DNA of 64,000 nt from Anaerolineaceae bacterium (GTDB taxonomy: Bacteria; Chloroflexota; Anaerolineae; Anaerolineales; Anaerolineaceae), in assembly GCA_012797695.1 (NCBI GenBank), contig JAAZOQ010000233.1, positions 2,897 to 66,896 of the forward strand, in the 5' to 3' direction. The translations under genes and the position numbers were made by a program. Within the stretch, counting starts at the first letter, position 1; the number at the start of each line of letters is the position of its first letter. The notes below the pieces were generated by a model. The model was not told the origin of the DNA. It searched no databases and saw only the letters and a program-made list of their open reading frames with translations. Shown one piece after another: positions 27,032 through 38,401 of the stretch.

Positions 27032-29242
27032 ATGCCAAATCTTTCTTTACGCGCTTACGAAAAACAAATTGAAAACCTGATCGAAGAAAACCGTATTGAC
27101 GAAGCCATTGAGCATTGTCAACAAATTCTTCGTTCTTATCCCAAGTGCATTTCGACGTATCGCATCCTCGGCAAAGCCTTGCTGGAGGGAAAACGCTACG
27201 ATGAATCTGCCGATGTTTTCGAGCGCGTATTGACTGTTTTCCCGGACGATTACATCGCTCATGTAGGAATGAGCATCATCCAAGAAAACAACGGCAATCT
27301 GGATGCAGCTATCTGGCATATGGAACTGGCATTCGATAGTCAACCTTCCAACATCACCATTCAAGAAGAACTAAAACGCCTTTTGGGCTTGCGGGATGGT
27401 ACTCACCCGGCCAAGATTCGCTTAACTCGCGGGGCGCTGGTACGCATGTATGCCCGAGGCGAGTTATATCCCCAGGCAATTGCTGAGATCAAATCCGCTC
27501 TGACAGAAGACAGCAAACGGGTCGATCTGAAAGTATTGTTAGCCAAAATGAATTACCTGCTGGGGGATTCCACAGAGGCATTGAATCTGTGTAACCAGCT
27601 TGTCAGCGAATTACCCTTTTGCTACGAGATCAACCAGATTCTGGTCTCTTTACTGCCCGGCTCTGATAAGGCAGAAAAGACGCCCATCTATCGTGACCGG
27701 TTACAGGCGTTGAATCCATATGAAGCCTTCGTTGGAGAAAAATATTCTTCTGATACTGAAGTACCGGATGATCAGGTGACTGTTGAACAGCTAAGCGAGA
27801 TCAGCACCGGTTCCATTCCTCAAAATTCGGAATGGGTAAAAAAGATGGATAGCAAATGGGAAGAGGAAGAACCAGCGTCAAATGAGACCTGGTCGCCTTT
27901 CGGCAACGATGCTGCCCCAGCGAACCCATTCAACGATACTCCTCCTGTCGCTGAAGATACTCAAACAGAAGCCCAATCGATTCCGACGAATGAAGTACCC
28001 GAGGTAAATTCTAAGGGTGAAAACCTGCCAGACTGGATGCGCTCCGCCGGTTGGTTGCCTACCAATGATACCGCCACTCATGACGCAGAAAGCCAAAATC
28101 CATTTGCGGATGACCAGCCGGCACAGGAGGCTGAATCTGCGGATCTTCCAGATTGGCTTCGCTCCCTGGCTCCAGAGGAACCCGAAACCGCGCCCTCCGC
28201 GGAAACAGATTCGTCAACATTTATGACCAACAACGATCAGCCAGCCGCAGAGAATAGCACTTCTGAAGAACCAGCAGAAACCGATCTCCCCGATTGGTTG
28301 AAAAGCTTTGAAAACGAAAATTCTCAGACTCAGCAACCTGGTGAAGAACTCCCTGATTGGATGAAATCACTGCAATCGGAAGAAAATCAACCCCAAGCTG
28401 AGACCACAAATTCACCCTTCGCAACAGAAACTACGCCTCCTTCAAAAAACGAAGAGGAATCTGTCCCACAAAAATCAACGAATACCTTGCCGCCCCTCTT
28501 CGATGAAGAGGAAGAAGCAGCCACTTCGCCCAGTCTTCCAACCCAGGAAAGCGCGCAGGAGCCAGAATCCGATGTACCGGATTGGGTACGCTCCGTTATG
28601 ACCGGGCCAGAGCCAACTCCAACTGAAGCAGAAAACGAAGTGCCAGATCAAACTCAGCCACCTACAGCAGAGGAATCGGCTGCAGCAATTTCTGAAAAAA
28701 CCGGCGACGACTTGCTCTCCTGGCTGCGTGACCTGAAGCCAGAAGAAGAAACCGGAGCTCCACTCTCAGAGGAAACAGAGGGTTCGACCGCTGAAGAAAA
28801 CGGGAACCTGGAAGACTTTTCTTCTCTGGATCGGTTGGAACACCTGACCGAAGAGTCTCTCCCAGCGGAACAGCCAGAAACTTCAAGCGCTGAAGCTTTT
28901 CACAGCAGTATGCTGGATTCGCTCAGTAGTGAGCCTGATATTCAGGAATCCACAGGACCTGTTTCAAGTGAAATGGCCGATTCTGTCGCCCCCGCTGAAC
29001 CAGTCGCCTCCCCCATTCCAGAAGTCGAACCTGCAGTGGTTGCCCCGGAAGAAGCGGTTGAAGCCACAGAAACAGCCGGTAACGGAACCAGCCTTGAGCA
29101 TTATGTGGAACAGACCCAACTCTACCCAGATGATTTTGCTGCCTGGCAGGCCCTGGGTGATGAGTATGCGCGGGCCAATGAATTTTCAAAAGCTCTGGCT
29201 GCTTACAATAAAGCAGAAGAGTTAATTATCCATTCTAAATAA
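27032..29242 (+). CDS. TPR-repeat protein with a long acidic linker carrying LPDW(L/M)(R/K)S repeats
   Basis: N- and C-terminal TPR-like helices; low-complexity E/P/T/S-rich centre with six PDW/SW motifs. Confidence 0.75.
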   Translation: MPNLSLRAYEKQIENLIEENRIDEAIEHCQQILRSYPKCISTYRILGKALLEGKRYDESADVFERVLTVFPDDYIAHVGMSIIQENNGNLDAAIWHMELAFDSQPSNITIQEELKRLLGLRDGTHPAKIRLTRGALVRMYARGELYPQAIAEIKSALTEDSKRVDLKVLLAKMNYLLGDSTEALNLCNQLVSELPFCYEINQILVSLLPGSDKAEKTPIYRDRLQALNPYEAFVGEKYSSDTEVPDDQVTVEQLSEISTGSIPQNSEWVKKMDSKWEEEEPASNETWSPFGNDAAPANPFNDTPPVAEDTQTEAQSIPTNEVPEVNSKGENLPDWMRSAGWLPTNDTATHDAESQNPFADDQPAQEAESADLPDWLRSLAPEEPETAPSAETDSSTFMTNNDQPAAENSTSEEPAETDLPDWLKSFENENSQTQQPGEELPDWMKSLQSEENQPQAETTNSPFATETTPPSKNEEESVPQKSTNTLPPLFDEEEEAATSPSLPTQESAQEPESDVPDWVRSVMTGPEPTPTEAENEVPDQTQPPTAEESAAAISEKTGDDLLSWLRDLKPEEETGAPLSEETEGSTAEENGNLEDFSSLDRLEHLTEESLPAEQPETSSAEAFHSSMLDSLSSEPDIQESTGPVSSEMADSVAPAEPVASPIPEVEPAVVAPEEAVEATETAGNGTSLEHYVEQTQLYPDDFAAWQALGDEYARANEFSKALAAYNKAEELIIHSK
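28020..28740 (+). repeat. six spaced copies of an LPDW(L/M)(R/K)S-type motif within the TPR protein
   Basis: Copies at about 28025, 28145, 28286, 28348, 28574 and 28712 (NLPDWMRS, DLPDWLRS, DLPDWLKS, ELPDWMKS, DVPDWVRS, DLLSWLRD); codons differ between copies. Confidence 0.8.
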
Positions 29243-29253
29243 CGGAGTTAATT

Positions 29254-29709
29254 GTGGAACAAACCTTAGTCTTGATCAAACCAGATGGCATTCAGCGCGG
29301 TCTGACCGGAGAGATCATCAAACGTCTCGAAAATCGTGGCCTGAAGCTGGTCGCCGCCAAATTTTTACTGGTCAATGAATCCCTTGCCAAAAAGCATTAT
29401 GCCGTTCACGAAGGGAAACCCTTTTACGCCGGCTTAATTAAGTATATTACCAGTTCCCCACTGATGGCTATGGTGTGGGAAGGCCCACAAGCCGTAGCGG
29501 CTGTGCGCCAGACCATGGGAGCCACTCGCCCCACTGAAGCTGCTCCTGGCTCGATCCGTCACGATTATGCGTTGGAAGTAGGCCGTAACTTAACCCATGC
29601 CTCTGACTCCGTGGAAAATGCCAAAATCGAGATCAGCATCTGGTTTAAACCCGAAGAGATCGTCTCATGGGAACGTGCCACTGACGCCTGGATCCAGGGG
29701 CAAAACTAA
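29254..29709 (+). CDS. ndk: nucleoside-diphosphate kinase
   Basis: EQTLVLIKPDG..RGL.GEII.R.E..G......K........A..HY..H..KPF...L..Y..S.P..AMVWEG...V...R...GAT.P..A.PG.IR.D......N..H.SDS; GTG start. Confidence 0.92.
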   Translation: MEQTLVLIKPDGIQRGLTGEIIKRLENRGLKLVAAKFLLVNESLAKKHYAVHEGKPFYAGLIKYITSSPLMAMVWEGPQAVAAVRQTMGATRPTEAAPGSIRHDYALEVGRNLTHASDSVENAKIEISIWFKPEEIVSWERATDAWIQGQN

Positions 29710-29728
29710 CCCGCTTCTTCACCTTTTC

Positions 29729-29757
29729 TTTACAGAAAGCAAGAAATAAAGTATATT
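29729..29757 (+). promoter_or_regulatory. candidate promoter of tRNA-Val
   Basis: TTTACA - 17 nt - TATATT, about 29 nt upstream of the tRNA. Confidence 0.5.
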
Positions 29758-29785
29758 GGTGTCACTCTTGCGAGTGATACCTTTT

Positions 29786-29859
29786 GGGCGGGTAGCTCAG
29801 TTGGTTAGAGCGCCTCTCTTACACAGAGGAGGTCGCAGGTTCGAGTCCTGTCCCGCCCA
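29786..29859 (+). tRNA. tRNA-Val (anticodon TAC)
   Basis: Acceptor GGGCGGG/CCCGCCC, anticodon stem CCTCT/AGAGG with loop CTTACAC, T-loop TTCGAGT. Confidence 0.9.
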
Positions 29860-29875
29860 CTAGTACCTCCTATAG

Positions 29876-29919
29876 TGCCCGCTTTTTTCGTGCAACGAAA
29901 TGAGCGGGTGATCTTTTTT
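29876..29919 (+). terminator. hairpin plus T-tract after tRNA-Val
   Basis: CCCGCT...TTTCG-TGCAA-CGAAA...AGCGGG followed by ATCTTTTTT. Confidence 0.55.
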
Positions 29920-29920
29920 C

Positions 29921-29929
29921 TGATATAAT
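29921..29929 (+). promoter_or_regulatory. extended -10 element upstream of tmRNA
   Basis: TGATATAAT ending 9 nt before the mature tmRNA 5' end. Confidence 0.5.
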
Positions 29930-29938
29930 TACTTTCCC

Positions 29939-30334
29939 GGGGATGAAAGGCTTCGACGGGCGAGGCTGATCCCGGAATGCGTGCCGAGAGGTACCGACCT
30001 CGTTAACTCAGTACAAACCTTTAAGTGCCAATCGCACAAACACCTACGCAGCTCTTCCTCTCGCCGCCTAGCGTCGAAGGATCCTGCGCCTGACACCTCG
30101 GTGTCACGTCTGTCTGCTCCGCTCTCTTACCGGTAGCAGAACAGGCGTCACAAAGTAAGAGTGCCGCAATTCAAGCCGCGAGGATTGCGAAAGAGGGCTT
30201 TCGGGCCTGAGCGGATGGTCAACATCGGGTTCTGTGACTCTTCCTGACGCTGACGACACTCAAGAGGCTCTACGCATGTAGATTTCCGAGGGTTGAATCG
30301 TTCGGACGCGGGTTCAATTCCCGCCATCTCCACC
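29939..30334 (+). ncRNA. ssrA: tmRNA (SsrA), one-piece
   Basis: 5' GGGGATG pairs with 3' CATCTCC-A-CC; T-arm GCGGGTTCAATTCCCGC; internal tag frame ending ...ALPLAA-TAG. Confidence 0.88.
30027..30071 (+). other. tmRNA tag reading frame encoding ANRTNTYAALPLAA then stop
   Basis: GCC resume codon after TTTAAGT, 14 codons, TAG at 30069-30071; the hydrophobic LAA end is typical of proteolysis tags. Confidence 0.7.
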
Positions 30335-30335
30335 T

Positions 30336-30366
30336 AAAAAACACCAGCTACTTGCTGGTGTTTTTT
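30336..30366. terminator. bidirectional terminator between tmRNA and rlmI
   Basis: AAAAAA-CACCAGC-TACTT-GCTGGTG-TTTTTT. Confidence 0.8.
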
Positions 30367-30375
30367 GATCTTGAT

Positions 30376-33617
<3,242 letters not shown>

Positions 33618-33738
33618 TTATAGCAGGATTATGAACAAATTTACTATTTATTAATAGGAACGTATTTGAAAACCAGATGCGTCTGGGGATTAATTCAGGT
33701 AGAATATTATTGTCATTCTCACGCTAATTGGAGGAAAT

Positions 33739-34104
33739 ATGTCTGGTGGAAAAATTGTTGCCATTATTGCAGCGGTTATCCTGATCCTGTTTGGAGCCTT
33801 AATGATCCTCGGTGGAACCAATTCCGCCGCCGGGGCGATTGGCTGGCTGCCCGTTGGGATCGTCTTTATTGGGATTGGATTAGTCATCATCTATTTTGCG
33901 ACCCGTCAGGCCGCCAAGGCAGCGGATAACAACGTCACCCTGAAAATAGACCTGCCAGGGAATGTATCCATGGATACCTTAAAATGCAAAAGCTGCGGGG
34001 GAACGCTGCAGCCAGAAAATATTCAAATGGTCGCAGGCGCTCCGGTAGTGACCTGCCCTTATTGCCATACGACTTATCAATTAACTGAAGAACCAAAATG
34101 GTAA
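33739..34104 (+). CDS. small membrane protein (2 TM) with a C-terminal zinc ribbon
   Basis: Two hydrophobic helices then CKSCGG...CPYCHTTY; GGAGG SD 4 nt upstream. Confidence 0.6.
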   Translation: MSGGKIVAIIAAVILILFGALMILGGTNSAAGAIGWLPVGIVFIGIGLVIIYFATRQAAKAADNNVTLKIDLPGNVSMDTLKCKSCGGTLQPENIQMVAGAPVVTCPYCHTTYQLTEEPKW

Positions 34105-34131
34105 GCGTTTATCTATCTCTGGGAGGGACGA

Positions 34132-35859
34132 ATGAAACATCTTAGGTACGTGTGTTTATTGCTGATTTTCGTTGTGCTGGCTGGGAGTGTTACCCCTGTT
34201 CATGCGCAAGATTATCGCTTCCAGGTACCAGAAGAATCTGCAGTTGTCACGATCAACACAGACGGTTCAATCTCAATCGATTATTCGATCACTTTTAATA
34301 ATGATTCTGGAGCGCATGCCATCGATGTAGTCGATATCGGCATGCCAAACTCAGATTACGTCTTGAAATCCATCACGGCCTCTGTGGATGGTTATCAGCT
34401 TAGCCGTATTACCAAGTCAGATTACGTCGATCCGGGGATTTCTGTTTATCTGGATAACCGCGAAATTCCCGCCGGGGGAACAGGCACGCTGGCGGTCCAC
34501 GTAGGCACGGTCAACAACGTGATCTACCCGGCGACACAAACGGAATCAGAAAGCTACGCCAGCTTCGTCTTCTCGCCCAACTGGTTCGATAGTCAATACT
34601 GCTATGGAGATACCAACCTGCAGGTTACCCTCCTGCTGCCGGCTGGATTGCAATCCGCTGAAACCCGCTATTACACCCCCGAAGGGGGATGGCCTGGGCC
34701 AGATGAGCCCGAATCCAAAATTATGGAAGACGGGAAAATCTTCTTCACCTGGGTTTCAGATCAAGCCAATGCCTATACTGAATATAAGTTTGGAACCAGC
34801 TTCCCGGCCCGAGTACTGGCAGAAAATGCCATCGTCACTTCCCCTTATACCGGGCCAGGTACTTCTTCCACTTCTTCTTCCGGCTCAGATGGAATCAGCT
34901 TCGATACCAGTGCCATCTGTCCTTTTATCTTTTGTTTGGGCTTCATTGGTTTCTTCATCCTGATCATCTACTCTGCCACGGTCGGAGCCCAAAAACGCAA
35001 GATGCAATATCTGCCTCCAAAAATCTCGATGGAGGGACACGGCATTAAGCGCGGGTTGACGGCAGTAGAAGCAGGGATTTTGATGGAACAGCCTATGGAT
35101 AAGATCATGACCATGATCTTGTTTGGCCTGCTCAAGAAAAATGCTGCGGAAGTAGTAACAAAAGAGCCGCTGGCAGTCAAAGCAGCCGATCCGCTGCCCG
35201 CTGACCTGTATGGTTATGAGACAGATTTTCTCAGTGCCTTTACCTCGACTTCTTCTTCTGAAAAGCGCAAATTGCTGCAAAAGATGATGGTCAACCTCAT
35301 CCGCAGTGTCGGTGAAAAGATGAAGGGCTTCAGCAAGAAAGAGACCGTTGCCTTTTATCAAGATATCATGAAACGTGCCTGGGAACAGGTCGAGCAAGCC
35401 GCTACTCCAGAAGTCAAGGGACAGGTTTACGAAGACGTAATGGATTGGACCATGCTCGACAACGATTACGAGAAACGCACCACCCAGACTTTCAGCGGGC
35501 CAGTATTCATTCCGACTCCAAGCTGGTGGTGGCGTTACGAACCCAGCTATCCACGGACGGTTTCCGCGGCTCCAGTTTCCACCGCAGGGTCCTCCACTTC
35601 GTCAGGGAGCGGTGGACGGGTATCGCTGCCTTCACTCCCGGGTTCCGCGTTTGCCGCCTCTGTCGTGGGCAGTGTTCAGAATTTCTCGACCAACGTATTG
35701 GGGAATCTGACCTCTTTTACCAGCGGTGTAACCAACGTCACCAATCCACCCCCACCTCCCTCCACTTACCGCAGTTCTGGTGGCGGCGGTGGAAGTTCTT
35801 GCGCCTGCGCTTGTGCCTGTGCGGGATGTGCCTGCGCCTGTGCTGGCGGTGGCCGCTAA
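34132..35859 (+). CDS. DUF2207-like single-pass membrane protein with a C-terminal (Cys-Ala)n tail
   Basis: Signal peptide ending VHAQ; N-terminal DYRFQVPEESAVVTINTDGSISIDYSITF and post-TM GLTAVEAGILME...ILFGLLKK resemble DUF2207 signatures; ends GGGGGSSCACACACAGCACACAGGGR. Confidence 0.7.
   Translation: MKHLRYVCLLLIFVVLAGSVTPVHAQDYRFQVPEESAVVTINTDGSISIDYSITFNNDSGAHAIDVVDIGMPNSDYVLKSITASVDGYQLSRITKSDYVDPGISVYLDNREIPAGGTGTLAVHVGTVNNVIYPATQTESESYASFVFSPNWFDSQYCYGDTNLQVTLLLPAGLQSAETRYYTPEGGWPGPDEPESKIMEDGKIFFTWVSDQANAYTEYKFGTSFPARVLAENAIVTSPYTGPGTSSTSSSGSDGISFDTSAICPFIFCLGFIGFFILIIYSATVGAQKRKMQYLPPKISMEGHGIKRGLTAVEAGILMEQPMDKIMTMILFGLLKKNAAEVVTKEPLAVKAADPLPADLYGYETDFLSAFTSTSSSEKRKLLQKMMVNLIRSVGEKMKGFSKKETVAFYQDIMKRAWEQVEQAATPEVKGQVYEDVMDWTMLDNDYEKRTTQTFSGPVFIPTPSWWWRYEPSYPRTVSAAPVSTAGSSTSSGSGGRVSLPSLPGSAFAASVVGSVQNFSTNVLGNLTSFTSGVTNVTNPPPPPSTYRSSGGGGGSSCACACACAGCACACAGGGR
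35800..35844 (+). repeat. imperfect TGY-GCN hexanucleotide repeat encoding CACACACAGCACACA
   Basis: TGC GCC TGC GCT TGT GCC TGT GCG GGA TGT GCC TGC GCC TGT GCT read in the frame of the 34132 gene. Confidence 0.9.
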
Positions 35860-35876
35860 AGAAAGCATCTTATTTT

Positions 35877-37241
35877 ATGTCAGTAAAGAGTTCTTTCGCT
35901 CGATTGGCTCATCGTTCACCAGTGGCAGCATTGCCTGCCACTGGTGTCTACCATTTTCTGCGTGAATCCGACGCCGAAAAAAGCCGCATTCACCTGCGTC
36001 TCGATCCGGATGGCACAGGAACTCTGATCATCAATGCCAATCGCATCTTTCACTTGAACCCCACAGCGGCCCTGATGGCTTATTACTCGCTTGCCCGTAC
36101 TGACGAAACCGCTGCCGTGAAAGCCTTCGAAAAGCAATATCAGGTCAGCCGCAGTCAAGCGCAGCAAGATTTTGCTCAATTCCGTTCTGAACTGGAAGCA
36201 CTGATCTCGCCAGAGACCTGCCCCATTTGCGATCTTGATCTTGAAACAACTGCACCATTCAGCAGTTCACCCACAGCGCCCTATCGAATGGATCTGGCCC
36301 TGACTTATCGCTGCAATAATGCCTGCGCTCATTGTTATAACGCTCGCTCACGAAATTATCCGGAATTAAAAACCGAAGATTGGTACCAGATTCTGGATCG
36401 TCTCTGGGAACTGGGAATTCCCCACATCGTTTTCACGGGCGGGGAACCTACCCTGCGTGATGACCTTCCAGAATTGATTCACCATGCCGAGCAGAATGGG
36501 CAAATCACCGGTCTGAATACCAATGGTCGGCGTATGAAAGACCCGGTTTACGTGCAGCAATTGATCGATGCTGGTCTGGATCACGTCCAGATCACCCTCG
36601 AAAGTCACCGCGCTGAGATTCACGACAAAATGGTCAACGCGACTGGCGCCTGGCAAGAAACTGTCGCCGGGGTCAAAAATGCAGTGAATTCCCGGCTGTA
36701 CGTGATGACCAACACCACGATGCTGAAATGGAATGCTCCTTTTCTGACCGACACGCTGGAATTTTTGGGGCAACTGGGGTTGAAAACCGTAGGGCTGAAT
36801 GCCTTGATTTATTCAGGGCGAGGCAAAACCGTGGGTACCGGCCTCTCCGAGTCAGAACTAATGCCGCTTCTCGACATCGCCAAGCAAGTCACCGAAAAAT
36901 ATAAGCAAAGATTGATCTGGTACACTCCCACAGAGTACTGCCATTTCGATCCGGTGCAAATGCAGTTGGGAGTCAAAGGCTGTACTGCAGCCCTGTATAA
37001 CATGTGCATCGAACCTGATGGCAGCGTGATCCCCTGCCAATCCTATTATCAAAGTCTGGGAAAACTGCTCGAGAATTCTTGGAATTCCATCTGGAACCAC
37101 CCACTCTCACAAAAGTTGCGCAACCGCCAGGGATTGCCTGAAAAATGTCATTCCTGCCTGCTGGTGCAGGAATGCGGCGGCGGCTGCCCGTTAAAATTCG
37201 AGTCTATTTCATTTGAAAGCTCTTCACAGGAGGGTTTATGA
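35877..37241 (+). CDS. radical SAM/SPASM enzyme with an N-terminal PqqD-like RiPP recognition element
   Basis: CNNACAHC (CX3CX2C), FTGGEPTLR, SPASM cysteines C..C.....C...C (CHSCLLVQECGGGC) and upstream GCTAA...PDGSVIPC; N-terminus LIINANRIFHLNPTAALMAYY...SQAQQDFAQF is PqqD-like; start chosen as the first ATG after the upstream stop. Confidence 0.85.
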   Translation: MSVKSSFARLAHRSPVAALPATGVYHFLRESDAEKSRIHLRLDPDGTGTLIINANRIFHLNPTAALMAYYSLARTDETAAVKAFEKQYQVSRSQAQQDFAQFRSELEALISPETCPICDLDLETTAPFSSSPTAPYRMDLALTYRCNNACAHCYNARSRNYPELKTEDWYQILDRLWELGIPHIVFTGGEPTLRDDLPELIHHAEQNGQITGLNTNGRRMKDPVYVQQLIDAGLDHVQITLESHRAEIHDKMVNATGAWQETVAGVKNAVNSRLYVMTNTTMLKWNAPFLTDTLEFLGQLGLKTVGLNALIYSGRGKTVGTGLSESELMPLLDIAKQVTEKYKQRLIWYTPTEYCHFDPVQMQLGVKGCTAALYNMCIEPDGSVIPCQSYYQSLGKLLENSWNSIWNHPLSQKLRNRQGLPEKCHSCLLVQECGGGCPLKFESISFESSSQEGL

Positions 37242-38401
37242 AAGTTCGCATTCGCTCGATTTTCGATAAATTATTCTTCACTCCCAAGCCATTTCCTCCT
37301 GGCAATTACCAAGCCACCCTTACCAACGAAGATGGCTCGCCATTGCGGCTGCATCTGCGGGTTGAGAAAGATGGTTTGGGCTTATTGATCGTCAACGCCT
37401 CCACCATTCTTCACCTCAATCAAACTGCGACCGAGATCGCATATCATCTCATTCAAAATACCCCAGCAGAAGAAGCCATTCAGGAAATGCTCAAACGTTA
37501 TCGTTCGAGCTACACTGAAATCCACGATGACTTCAAGAACATGAAGATCCGCCTGACCTCCCTGCTGAACACCCCCGATCTTGACCCCGAAACTTTTCTG
37601 GATATCGAACGCGTTGACCTGCACGGACAAGAAATCTCTGCTCCCCTGCGCCTGGATTGCGCGTTAACTTACCAGCTTTCCAGCGGGGAAGCCAGCATCT
37701 ATGCCCCAACGGATCGGGTAGCCCGTAACCTCGACAGCGAGGAATGGAAAAAGATTCTGGAAAAAGCCTGGGCAGCTGGAATTCCGCACATCGTTTTTAC
37801 CGGCGGCGAGCCCACGCTGCGGCCAGATCTACCCGAACTGATCGAACATGCAGAACAATTGGGGCAAGTCACCGGGGTAATCAGCGATGGCTTACGCTTC
37901 ACAGAAAAAGATTATCTCGAGTCGCTCTTAAAAGCCGGTCTGGACCACATTCTCTTTATCTTGAACCCGGAAGAAGAACATTCCTGGGAAGCTTTGCGGG
38001 ATGTACTCGGAGAAGACGTCTTTACCACTGTCCATCTCACGGTAACTGCAAACAGACCTCTGGATGCCAGTTCCCTGCTGCCAAAGCTCTCTGAAATGGG
38101 AGTGAATTCACTCTCTCTCAGCACAGATGAACCAGAGATGCAAAAAACACTGGCTGCCATTCAACAAAAGGCCACCGAAAATGGTTTCACGCTGGTCTGG
38201 GATCTGCCAGTACCCTATTCCAGAAACAACCCCATCAGCCTGGAAATGGAATCCGCGGAATCACACAAAGAAGGAGCAGGCCACACCTGGCTCTACGTGG
38301 AACCGGATGGTGAAGTATTACCCGGTCAGGGCATCAACCGGGTGCTCGGCAACTTCCTGACCTCTGAATGGGAAGAAATCTGGCTGAACGCACGGAAATA
38401 A
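37238..38401 (+). CDS. pseudo-radical-SAM paralog (RRE + TIM-barrel core, all Fe-S cysteines lost)
   Basis: Aligns by eye with the upstream gene (GIPHIVFTGGEPTLR.DLPELI.HAEQ.GQ.TG, AGLDH) but has LTYQLSSGEASIY in place of LTYRCNNACAHCY and no SPASM cysteines; ATGA overlap with the upstream stop. Confidence 0.75.
   Translation: MKVRIRSIFDKLFFTPKPFPPGNYQATLTNEDGSPLRLHLRVEKDGLGLLIVNASTILHLNQTATEIAYHLIQNTPAEEAIQEMLKRYRSSYTEIHDDFKNMKIRLTSLLNTPDLDPETFLDIERVDLHGQEISAPLRLDCALTYQLSSGEASIYAPTDRVARNLDSEEWKKILEKAWAAGIPHIVFTGGEPTLRPDLPELIEHAEQLGQVTGVISDGLRFTEKDYLESLLKAGLDHILFILNPEEEHSWEALRDVLGEDVFTTVHLTVTANRPLDASSLLPKLSEMGVNSLSLSTDEPEMQKTLAAIQQKATENGFTLVWDLPVPYSRNNPISLEMESAESHKEGAGHTWLYVEPDGEVLPGQGINRVLGNFLTSEWEEIWLNARK

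Noticed and set aside
30148-30333. 61-aa minus-strand ORF.
   Set aside because: It lies entirely inside the tmRNA gene.
35800-35859. The CxAxC pattern in the tail as a possible anaerobic sulfatase-maturase (C-x-P/A-x-R) formylglycine site.
   Set aside because: The tail does not fit C-x-[PA]-x-R, because Arg is four residues after the last Cys. The carrier protein also has no sulfatase fold features.
35445-35876. The rSAM reading frame stays open for 432 nt upstream of ATG 35877 and overlaps the 3' end of the DUF2207-like gene. This could suggest a longer rSAM protein or a programmed frameshift fusing the two.
   Set aside because: The upstream extension translates to Arg/Cys/Trp-rich nonsense (…LRLRLCLCGMCLRLCWRW…), typical of an off-frame reading of GC-rich coding DNA. 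No slippery heptamer was seen. ATG 35877, just after the upstream stop, gives a protein that starts where the RRE homology begins.
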